Source: a virus (lineage: Duplodnaviria; Caudoviricetes). From it: 30,724 nucleotides of DNA. Position 1 is the stretch's first letter. The number at the start of each line of letters is the position of its first letter. Positions 9,228 to 15,838 of this stretch are shown here, one piece after another. The stretch covers positions 1 to 30,724 of IMG/VR virus record IMGVR_UViG_3300027785_001015; one strand, given 5' to 3'. The position numbers and the translations under genes are program-made. The notes under the pieces are model-generated. The model had not been told where the DNA came from, did not search any database, and worked only from the letters and a program-made list of their open reading frames with translations.

Positions 9228-9523
9228 GTCACCACCATTTCTACTGGGCCATCGTCCTTGCCAGTAATCTCAGTTCTTGCCAACTTGGGTACATGGTATT
9301 CAACCACGCTTTGGAATAGCTCAAACGCTTTGGCAGGGTTGGGTTTGATGTCATGCTCAGGAACGCCCTTAGCGACCTCATCTAGCCACTCTGCCAATCT
9401 GTGTGCGTTACCATCAACAAACAAAGCAATCGCCTCCCTTGCCTGTTGTGTGGTCTTGTTAGGCACTCCCGCAGCTCTTCCCCCTGCTTTCTTTCTACTT
9501 TTGACTACTTTAGTTGTTGACAT
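9209..9523 (-). CDS. Probable terminase small subunit
   Basis: GGRAAGVPNKTT and EITGKDDGPV motifs; lies directly upstream of terL. Confidence 0.65.
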   Translation of the reverse strand: MSTTKVVKSRKKAGGRAAGVPNKTTQQAREAIALFVDGNAHRLAEWLDEVAKGVPEHDIKPNPAKAFELFQSVVEYHVPKLARTEITGKDDGPVEMVVTWGGVK

Positions 9524-9544
9524 AGTTATTTAGCATTATTTTTA

Positions 9545-10102
9545 TTAGAATCTACCTTGCACTTGCAATCCTACGCTTTGGTCATAAGGTGTTTTTTTGC
9601 CGTAAACGCCAACTCCCATGTTTTTGTTTAGCTGTTGCAAGTATTGCATTTGCATTTCTTTTACTTTTTGGCGTTCAGCATCTTGACCTGTTGTTGCCGA
9701 TGCCCTGAATTGACCTTTGCTCATTGGTGCGTTGTAGCCGAGAGTTGTTGTTCGTTCAGGAGTACTTAGGCTTTTTAGCAAGTCAACTTGAGCCATACCA
9801 TTACCAATTGGCATTTGGTTGCTAAACGCTACCGAGTTTTCCAAACTCATGGGATTTGCTGTTCTTGCATATTCTAAATTGCCAAGTGGCGTAATTACAC
9901 CTAACGCACCTTGTAAAGCATTTGGGTTTTGGTATGCCCTTAAATTTGCATATCCCAAATCATTATCTATACCCAATTGCCCCACTTGATTGCTTTTCAT
10001 GCGGTTTAATTGATCCATCATGGTTTGGGTGTACAGCTCTTGGTCTTTTTGTCCTTTCATGTCCAAATTAACCAAGGCTTTAGCCATATCTTCTTTATCC
10101 AT
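9545..10102 (-). CDS. Hypothetical protein with amphipathic beta-strand pattern ending in Phe
   Basis: 185 aa ending ...GVGVYGKKTPYDQSVGLQVQGRF. Confidence 0.55.
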   Translation of the reverse strand: MDKEDMAKALVNLDMKGQKDQELYTQTMMDQLNRMKSNQVGQLGIDNDLGYANLRAYQNPNALQGALGVITPLGNLEYARTANPMSLENSVAFSNQMPIGNGMAQVDLLKSLSTPERTTTLGYNAPMSKGQFRASATTGQDAERQKVKEMQMQYLQQLNKNMGVGVYGKKTPYDQSVGLQVQGRF

Positions 10103-10775
10103 GCTCTAGCTCCTTCATTTTGATAAGGCCATTCATCATACGGCTCTTGGTGTTAAACCATTGCTTACTAAAGTCGCAGTTTTGGTAATGGTCAAACTCA
10201 GGGATGCCTAGCGTGTAATGGGCAATCTTGGCGTTCTTATTCTCTTGTTCACCAATTAGTACGTTCCATTCTTTCGGTAGCTCACCGATAAGTGAATCGG
10301 GCAACCAACCGAATCGGTGAAGCTCTGAGCCGCTGTGGTCATCTACAAACTCAGGCGTTAATACCTTATTTCTTGGGTGATCGCAATTCCAAAGTATTAA
10401 ACTTGACCAGTTCTTTCTTGGGTAATCCCTGTTTGGCGCTTCCATTGGTGTGCCAATGTATTTCTTTGGGTGCTTGGTCTGATATTCATGCTTAACAACC
10501 TGCACCGCCTTGGTTGGGTCAAATAACTTGTTAAGGTTATCAATGTTGGCAAGCATTAGCATATCGCTGGCATCCAAGAATATTGCCTTGCCTGTGAATT
10601 TTGTAAAGTATGGAACTAGAAACCGCTGGTAGGTAAATGCGTTTGTGCCGTCTCGTTGTGTACCGTATAGCGGTGTTATGGCTACTGGCTCGCTGGTGCG
10701 CTCAATTAGGCTTTGGCAAAACACATGGTAGCCAATAGCCTCTCTTGGGTCATAGCCAGCAAATATCCTGATCAT
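10095..10775 (-). CDS. GT-A glycosyltransferase, GT8/CDI-like
   Basis: IFAGYDPRE, FTYQRFLVP, FLDASDML (DxD region), YPRKNWSSLILWNC, LHRFGWL, GELPKEWN and HYTLGIP. Confidence 0.8.
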   Translation of the reverse strand: MIRIFAGYDPREAIGYHVFCQSLIERTSEPVAITPLYGTQRDGTNAFTYQRFLVPYFTKFTGKAIFLDASDMLMLANIDNLNKLFDPTKAVQVVKHEYQTKHPKKYIGTPMEAPNRDYPRKNWSSLILWNCDHPRNKVLTPEFVDDHSGSELHRFGWLPDSLIGELPKEWNVLIGEQENKNAKIAHYTLGIPEFDHYQNCDFSKQWFNTKSRMMNGLIKMKELEHG

Positions 10776-11128
10776 TTTAATGTTAGCTTGTACAAGGTTG
10801 AGTCGATCAGCGCCGCTATCTCGTCCACAATGTTTTGTAGCTGGCTGTCATCAGGCAAAGCCTCACGGTTTTTGTAAACGTAGTCTTTGATGCTTGTCAA
10901 ATACTTAACAGGGTCTTTGGCATTGTGAAAGTTTTCAGGAAAATCCTTGATCTTCTCGTAACACCCTGCGTAAGCCTCAGCGTATGTATCAGCCAGCTCA
11001 AGAATCTCCGTGTAGTAAGCCCCAAGCGCCATGTGAACTGCAAATGAGTCAGTCGCTAAGTGCATGAAGTGCGTCACCGTTGAGCTGTGAAACAACGTGG
11101 AAATAAAGTCTGCAACGTCTTTTTTCAT
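10772..11128 (-). CDS. Ferritin/Dps-like four-helix protein
   Basis: HFMHLATDSFAVHMALGAYY...ADTYAEAY and QNIVDEIAALIDSTLYKL; the His/Asp/Glu pattern is that of phage Dps-like proteins. Confidence 0.7.
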   Translation of the reverse strand: MKKDVADFISTLFHSSTVTHFMHLATDSFAVHMALGAYYTEILELADTYAEAYAGCYEKIKDFPENFHNAKDPVKYLTSIKDYVYKNREALPDDSQLQNIVDEIAALIDSTLYKLTLK

Positions 11129-11137
11129 ATTTACCCT

Positions 11138-11166
11138 AAAAAATGCAGGGGTGTTAATGCCCCTGC
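11138..11166 (-). terminator. Intrinsic terminator just downstream of the putative late promoter
   Basis: Minus strand reads GCAGGGG-CATTAACA-CCCCTGC-ATTTTTT. Confidence 0.75.
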
Positions 11167-11180
11167 GAATGAGACAACTG

Positions 11181-11507
11181 CTACTCTATTGTAAACGCTG
11201 GAATAGGTACGTCAAGAGGCCAAACGTTTTGATCACAAAGTTTTGCAATTGTGGCTATGTGGGCATGATGCCATTTTTCTTGTCGTTCTTCCTTGCTTAA
11301 TTCTTTGCCTTGATCAATTTCGTAGTGACATTTAAGGCACAAAGCCGCCACTAAATTATCATCAGCCTTGACCCCTCGACCCTTACCGCCACCCCAATTG
11401 GTGTGAGCTGCCTGCACCATATTGCCCGACCCGCAAGCCTGGCAATCAAGTCCCGCCACCAGCTTTAGGAGTTTTTTGCTTCTGATGTATTGGTGTTTTT
11501 GGTACAA
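11181..11507 (-). CDS. HNH-like Zn-binding nuclease (DUF968/DUF1364-like)
   Basis: CQACG...QAAH...GKGRGVKADD...ALCLKCHYEID. Confidence 0.7.
   Translation of the reverse strand: MYQKHQYIRSKKLLKLVAGLDCQACGSGNMVQAAHTNWGGGKGRGVKADDNLVAALCLKCHYEIDQGKELSKEERQEKWHHAHIATIAKLCDQNVWPLDVPIPAFTIE
11188..11215 (-). promoter_or_regulatory. Sigma70-like promoter (putative late promoter)
   Basis: TTGACG-16 nt-TACAAT on the minus strand. Confidence 0.55.
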
Positions 11508-11631
11508 CTATGGTCTCCAGCGTGGTAAATCTATGTTCGTTAGCGCACTCTAAACGCCGCCGCCGTGTGTTTCCTCTTGAAGTTCTTGTTTCTTTTACGA
11601 TAGTCCAAGTCCCGCATTCGGGACATTTCAT
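11446..11631 (-). CDS. Zinc-ribbon protein (NrdR N-terminal/Ogr-Delta-like)
   Basis: MKCPECG...VKETR...RRRRLECANEHRFTTLE; ATG 11631 overlaps the upstream TGA. Confidence 0.7.
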   Translation of the reverse strand: MKCPECGTWTIVKETRTSRGNTRRRRLECANEHRFTTLETIVVPKTPIHQKQKTPKAGGGT

Positions 11632-11957
11632 TGGTGTGCCTTGTCTTGCATTCGGTTGGTTGCTTCTCGTGTTCGCCAAATCTCTATATCAAGCCTTGCC
11701 GCCTCAATTTCCCATTTCAGCGTTTCTTCTTTTTCAATTGCCGCAGCCAATCCCCTTAACAGCTTGGCATAAACAGGGTCTGCATATGCTTCCCTTTCTT
11801 GGGCGTTTGCCGCTTCAAAGCCCATCTCTAGGGCATCCCTCATCAACAAGGCTTTTTGGCTTTTGCGGAATTCTTCAAGGTAAACCCTTTGGGCTTTAGC
11901 TTCGCCGTAAGCTGGCGCTTTGTCTCTGATGGCTTGCGCCGCTTCTTCAGGTTTCAC
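11628..11957 (-). CDS. Conserved helical phage protein
   Basis: AKAQRVYLEEFRKS...AQEREAYADP...IEIWRTREA; coupled to its neighbours. Confidence 0.65.
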   Translation of the reverse strand: MKPEEAAQAIRDKAPAYGEAKAQRVYLEEFRKSQKALLMRDALEMGFEAANAQEREAYADPVYAKLLRGLAAAIEKEETLKWEIEAARLDIEIWRTREATNRMQDKAHQ

Positions 11958-12220
11958 TTTAATACCCCAATCATGCGTAAAGCCGCGTCAGGGCTATCAA
12001 CCCGCGCCAACGTACTTCCGCTCCAACTTTCAAAAAAATCTCGTTGTAGGGTAGTTAAACGCTTCTTGGCATTTGTTTTAATCTCCACCAAGAATGTGTG
12101 ACCCTTGTACCCAACCAATAGATCAACTGGTAGGCCAATGATCCAAACATAAGCGCCAGCCGCCCTTAATGCAACCACTATTTGATCTTGGTTTGCGTCA
12201 ACTCTCGCCGCGTATCTCAT
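11954..12220 (-). CDS. VRR-NUC-like PD-(D/E)xK nuclease / resolvase
   Basis: RVDANQ...PVDLLVGY...LVEIK...LTTLQRDF. Confidence 0.75.
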   Translation of the reverse strand: MRYAARVDANQDQIVVALRAAGAYVWIIGLPVDLLVGYKGHTFLVEIKTNAKKRLTTLQRDFFESWSGSTLARVDSPDAALRMIGVLK

Positions 12221-12476
12221 TCATTCTCCTGCGTAAATCGTTGGCTACCGCTGTTCCACGCCGCTTCTCTATATCTGAGTAAACCTGCCACCACCATGCC
12301 GATGCTTTGATTTTCCCAAGGTCTCTCGCTTTCTTGCGGTATCTCGCTACCCATTCCCTCGCTTCCGTCTGCCTCAAGGTCTCCAGTAAGTGCAAGCGCT
12401 CTTGTAATGTCAGCGTAGCTAAGTTGGCGGGTTTCTTTGTGTCGGTCAAGGAGCTGGTTTGCTTGGCTTCGGTCAT
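12198..12476 (-). CDS. Hypothetical protein (overlapping frame; protein-like C-terminal half)
   Basis: EAREWVARYRKK...AWWWQVYSDIEKRRGTAVANDLRRRM amphipathic helices; true start uncertain. Confidence 0.45.
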   Translation of the reverse strand: MTEAKQTSSLTDTKKPANLATLTLQERLHLLETLRQTEAREWVARYRKKARDLGKIKASAWWWQVYSDIEKRRGTAVANDLRRRMNEIRGES

Positions 12477-12480
12477 TCAT
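12217..12480 (-). CDS. Hypothetical protein (protein-like N-terminal half)
   Basis: ANQLLDRHKE...ITRALALTGD; start overlaps the upstream TAA and stop overlaps the downstream ATG. Confidence 0.55.
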   Translation of the reverse strand: MNDRSQANQLLDRHKETRQLSYADITRALALTGDLEADGSEGMGSEIPQESERPWENQSIGMVVAGLLRYREAAWNSGSQRFTQENE

Positions 12481-12824
12481 TATCTGCCCCGCAACGCATC
12501 AAGTTTGGCTTTTATGTCCGCAGGCATTGGAACTGCCCTTGCACGGTCTTGGGCGATTTTTTCAAGGATATGGATGGTCTTTTTATCTTCAGGTATCTCA
12601 GCCCCATCCCATCGGCGTTGGTTAAGGTAAACAGCAGGTGAGGGTATATATGCACCGCCGTCTTTGCGCCATTGGTCGGTGGTTTTCATCCACTCAATGT
12701 GCTTGATTATTTGATCAATGCAGCTATCACAATAATACTTCTCCCATCGCTTAAGGCAATCAGACTTGCCGCCCTTGCGTGTGCTGATAGGCCAAGCTGC
12801 CCAAAATCGTTCGAAGTTTGTCAT
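12480..12824 (-). CDS. Replication protein resembling the C-terminal domain of phage replisome organisers/initiators
   Basis: FERFWAAWP..RKGGK...W...YIPSPAVYLNQRRWD; SD AAGGGG upstream of ATG 12824. Confidence 0.7.
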   Translation of the reverse strand: MTNFERFWAAWPISTRKGGKSDCLKRWEKYYCDSCIDQIIKHIEWMKTTDQWRKDGGAYIPSPAVYLNQRRWDGAEIPEDKKTIHILEKIAQDRARAVPMPADIKAKLDALRGR

Positions 12825-13237
12825 CTGTATCCCCTTATTGCTCTTTGGTGATTGTTGGAGCAAAGCACAGCCTTACCGTGGTCAAAACCAAAGTTCGCCT
12901 GTGCCTCGATGTTGCTCTTCGGAGCCATGTCATCGCATCGCACTATCTCAGACTGTTTCAACCACCGCGCTCTAAGACTTAGCCCACGCTCCCCGATTTG
13001 GTTTGCTCGTGTATCGGGGTATCTCAATCGCAACCATCGACGTACCGCATTGCGTTGTACAAAAGCAAAAACCCTACAAATCTCTCTGCGGTCTTGGCTC
13101 TTGGCGAGAGCAACAACAAGCGATTGAGGTGAATCAAAAGTTCGTTTGTCGTCTGACAAGACCGCACAAATATCTGTAGGGTTCAACGATCCACCTCTAT
13201 CGCCTAGATGCCACTCTAGACAGTTGTGAGTATACAT
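12821..13237 (-). CDS. Possible leader ORF spanning the structured RNA region
   Basis: 138 open codons starting 8 nt after the cro stop and ending in an ATGA overlap with the rep start. There is no SD and the protein looks atypical. Confidence 0.3.
   Translation of the reverse strand: MYTHNCLEWHLGDRGGSLNPTDICAVLSDDKRTFDSPQSLVVALAKSQDRREICRVFAFVQRNAVRRWLRLRYPDTRANQIGERGLSLRARWLKQSEIVRCDDMAPKSNIEAQANFGFDHGKAVLCSNNHQRAIRGYR
13061..13183 (-). ncRNA. C4/CI-like three-way-junction RNA / attenuator
   Basis: Closing stem 13183-13157 with 13096-13070 (25/27 pairs, including 2 G-U on the minus strand); internal hairpins with loops UUCACC and CGCCA; followed by a U-rich tail. Confidence 0.65.
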
Positions 13238-13244
13238 AATTTTT

Positions 13245-13400
13245 TTAGGTTGTAAACCACTCGGGTCTAAGGTCTCTGAGCTGGCGCATTCTCAACTCAG
13301 GTACGGTTTTCCACAAGCACACCGCCGCCCTAGAAATGTTCAATAGCCTAGCAAGCTCACTTTGTGAGCCTGCCAACTGAATTAATTCTTGTTTTGTCAT
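13245..13400 (-). CDS. Cro-like HTH regulator
   Basis: MTKQELIQLAGSQSELARLLNISRAAVCLWKTVPELR; TACAAT lies 6 nt upstream of the ATG, so the mRNA is probably leaderless. Confidence 0.85.
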   Translation of the reverse strand: MTKQELIQLAGSQSELARLLNISRAAVCLWKTVPELRMRQLRDLRPEWFTT

Positions 13401-13408
13401 GCGTAGAT

Positions 13409-13426
13409 TGTAAAGCCTAATTAACA
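13409..13426. promoter_or_regulatory. Operator 1, overlapping the leftward -10
   Basis: TGTAAAG-CCTA-ATTAACA matches the palindrome TGTTAAG-N4-CTTAACA at 12 of 14 positions. Confidence 0.55.
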
Positions 13427-13463
13427 AATAAGCGACATTAGGGAAAACACCTACAAATAATAC

Positions 13464-13492
13464 TTGACTGTGTGTTTAGTTGGCTTAACAAT
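13464..13492 (+). promoter_or_regulatory. Rightward early promoter containing operator 2 (13473-13490)
   Basis: TTGACT-17 nt-AACAAT; TGTTTAG-TTGG-CTTAACA matches the palindrome at 13 of 14 positions. Confidence 0.55.
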
Positions 13493-13538
13493 ACATCCAT
13501 GCCCCAGCAATTTCGCATAGGGTCTTTTAGGAGTAGTT

Positions 13539-13655
13539 ATGTTCGAGATAGAAACTTACAAAAAACCCATAAATTGGGCGCAAGTGTGCCTATGGATTGT
13601 CTCCATTACGGCTATTGTAGTGGTTGCTCTTGACGTTTTAGTATGGAGAGCATGA
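13539..13655 (+). CDS. 38-aa single-pass membrane protein (not in ORF track)
   Basis: AGGAG SD; MFEIETYKKPINWAQVCLWIVSITAIVVVALDVLVWRA; ATGA overlap with the next gene. Confidence 0.7.
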   Translation: MFEIETYKKPINWAQVCLWIVSITAIVVVALDVLVWRA

Positions 13656-13927
13656 TGTTAAATGACGGCGATGAGGGTGAATTTATCACCTACATAATTT
13701 GGGATGAGGTTACCGTGCAATGGTCTTGGGTTGAGCCTGAAGACTATGAAATGGATGGCTACTTCGACATTTTTGTTTTTAAAGATGGCTTAGACATCAC
13801 CTACGATATTCCCAAACTTCATTTTAAATGGATTGAAAAAGAAGTAAAAGAATACGCAGGCTATGAGCCACCAAGCCACCAGCGTGTCGCATCTGTCATC
13901 AACGGCTATTTCAACAAAACTTTTTAA
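13652..13927 (+). CDS. Acidic hypothetical early protein
   Basis: ORF coupled via ATGA at 13652, with GGAG upstream. Confidence 0.6.
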   Translation: MMLNDGDEGEFITYIIWDEVTVQWSWVEPEDYEMDGYFDIFVFKDGLDITYDIPKLHFKWIEKEVKEYAGYEPPSHQRVASVINGYFNKTF

Positions 13928-13935
13928 GGATAACC

Positions 13936-14175
13936 ATGAAATACGCACTTTTATTGTTAGTGCTGGTCGGTTGCGCCAGCGAGCCAAAGATGGTCGAACA
14001 ACAGCTCATCATGGATAAACAAATCCAATCGATGGGCAGAAGTGAAATCATTGATGCTGTTAAGCAATGCGAAACGTCAGGTTTGCGAGCCATTACCGTG
14101 TTTGGCAAACGCAAGATCAATGGTTACACCGCAGAGACCATCGTGGATGTGACCTGCGCCCCCAAATATTATTAA
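13936..14175 (+). CDS. Lipoprotein
   Basis: MKYALLLLVLVGC signal peptide with lipobox; AAGGA SD. Confidence 0.75.
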   Translation: MKYALLLLVLVGCASEPKMVEQQLIMDKQIQSMGRSEIIDAVKQCETSGLRAITVFGKRKINGYTAETIVDVTCAPKYY

Positions 14176-14185
14176 AGGAAAAATC

Positions 14186-14794
14186 ATGGAAACTTTTACA
14201 CCCATTCAAAAAAACATTGCTGCGGCATTTGTTAAGGCACAGCGCCAGTTTGGGCCAGCTCTAAAAACGTCTACAAACCCGCACTTTAAATCCAAGTATG
14301 CTGACCTAGCTAATTGCATTGAGGCGGTTATAGAGGCTTTAAACGCCAACGGTATTGGTCTTATGCAACGCACCTATGAATGCAAGGATGGTGTTTTGGT
14401 TGAGACCGTGTTTATCCATGAATCAGGTGAAGTCATGGAATGCGGAATGTTGCACGTTCCCGCTGGAAAACAAGACCCACAGGGTTACGGCTCGGCTTTG
14501 ACGTATGCCAGGCGGTACAGCCTTTTGGCAGCCACAGGTTTAGCGCCCGAGGATGATGATGCCAATGCAGCCAGCCGCCGCACAGAGATCAAATCTACGG
14601 TTAATGAAAGCCAAATAGCTGACCTACTGGCGGCAATGGATGAGGTGACCACCATCAAAGAGCTACAGCAAGCCTACAAAGACGCATACAAGGCGACAAA
14701 TGGCGAGCAGGCATGGCAGACCAAGGTCATCAACAAAAAAGACGCTAAAAAGTCGCAATTGGAAGCCACATTGTCAGCGGAGTTAACTAAATGA
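14186..14794 (+). CDS. erf: ERF-family single-strand annealing protein
   Basis: NPHFKSKYADL...DPQGYGSALTYARRYSL...EDDD. Confidence 0.9.
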   Translation: METFTPIQKNIAAAFVKAQRQFGPALKTSTNPHFKSKYADLANCIEAVIEALNANGIGLMQRTYECKDGVLVETVFIHESGEVMECGMLHVPAGKQDPQGYGSALTYARRYSLLAATGLAPEDDDANAASRRTEIKSTVNESQIADLLAAMDEVTTIKELQQAYKDAYKATNGEQAWQTKVINKKDAKKSQLEATLSAELTK

Positions 14795-14973
14795 ACGCAT
14801 TTCCTAACCCCAACCGCACCGACCAAACAGGCATGACCTTGCGTGACTACTTTGCGGCAAAGGCTGTGCAAGGTATTTGTGCAAGTGGGCCATCAGAGGA
14901 TTGGACTAACGACCAATTGGCGGCAGAAGCATATGAATTGGCAGACGCAATGTTAAAAGCGAGGGAAGCATAA
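14791..14973 (+). CDS. Small conserved phage protein
   Basis: GMTLRDYFAAKA...AYELADAMLKAR motif. Confidence 0.75.
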   Translation: MNAFPNPNRTDQTGMTLRDYFAAKAVQGICASGPSEDWTNDQLAAEAYELADAMLKAREA

Positions 14974-15578
14974 TGGAGCAACGTACAGAGGAATGGTTTG
15001 CCGCTAGGTGTGGCAAAGTCACCGCAAGCCGTGTGGCTGACATCATTGCCAAGACCAAATCAGGGCCAAGCGCCAGCCGCGAGAATTACTTAGCCCAATT
15101 GGTTTGTGAAAGGTTAACAGGCAAGCCTGCCGAGTCCTACAGCAACGCAGCAATGTCTTGGGGAACGGAGCAGGAAGAATTTGCCCGCGCCGCTTATGAG
15201 GCGCGAATGGACTTGTTAGTCACCGAGGTGGGGTTTATCGACCACCCTTGGATCACCATGTCGGGTGCGTCACCTGATGGCTTGGCAAATGAGGGTATGG
15301 TTGAGATAAAAGCGCCCAATACTGCGACCCATCTCCAAACCTTGTTAGACCGAAAAGTGCCTGAAAAGTACATTACGCAAATGATGTGGCAAATGGCCTG
15401 TGCTGACCGCCCCTGGTGCGACTTTGTTTCATTCGATCCTCGTCTTCCTGAGAGACATCAGCTATTCATCAAGCGTATTAACTATGACCCCGAAATGGTT
15501 AATTTGCTTGAGAATTCAGTCATCCAGTTTTTGGGTGATGTAGACCTAAAAATCCAACAGCTAGAAAGTTTGCCATGA
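14973..15578 (+). CDS. YqaJ/lambda-type exonuclease
   Basis: EQRTEEWFAARCGKVTAS, GASPDG, VEIKAP, QMMWQM and WCDFVSFDPR. Confidence 0.92.
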   Translation: MEQRTEEWFAARCGKVTASRVADIIAKTKSGPSASRENYLAQLVCERLTGKPAESYSNAAMSWGTEQEEFARAAYEARMDLLVTEVGFIDHPWITMSGASPDGLANEGMVEIKAPNTATHLQTLLDRKVPEKYITQMMWQMACADRPWCDFVSFDPRLPERHQLFIKRINYDPEMVNLLENSVIQFLGDVDLKIQQLESLP

Positions 15579-15838
15579 AAAAATTTAAAGATATTGTCGT
15601 TGCCACAGGTACTTACATTAACACCACAGGTGAAGAAAAGAAAAGATGGAAAACAATTGGCGCAATTTATTGGGAAGGCAATACAGAAAAATTGTCAGTT
15701 AAGTTAGATTCAATTCCATTTGTGGGCGGCGGTTGGGACGGTTGGGCAACGTGTTTTGAGCCAGAAGATAACAAATTTGTTAAATCTGACAGACCAAACA
15801 AAGTAAGAAGGGATCAAGAAGATGACATACCTTTTTAA
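15575..15838 (+). CDS. Small SSB-like protein
   Basis: KKRWKTIG beta core and acidic DDIPF C-terminus; adjacent to ERF and the exonuclease. Confidence 0.65.
   Translation: MKKFKDIVVATGTYINTTGEEKKRWKTIGAIYWEGNTEKLSVKLDSIPFVGGGWDGWATCFEPEDNKFVKSDRPNKVRRDQEDDIPF

Noticed and set aside
1137-12975. Numerous + strand ORFs in the ORF track
   Set aside because: They lie antisense to well-supported, tightly coupled minus-strand genes and show no motifs.
13070-13183. tRNA interpretation of the branched structure
   Set aside because: The closing stem is 27 bp, there are only two internal arms, and there is no TTC T-loop or CCA end.
13499-13524. Weak hairpin after the rightward promoter as a nut/boxB site
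   Set aside because: Pairing is poor, and there is no boxA or N-like gene.
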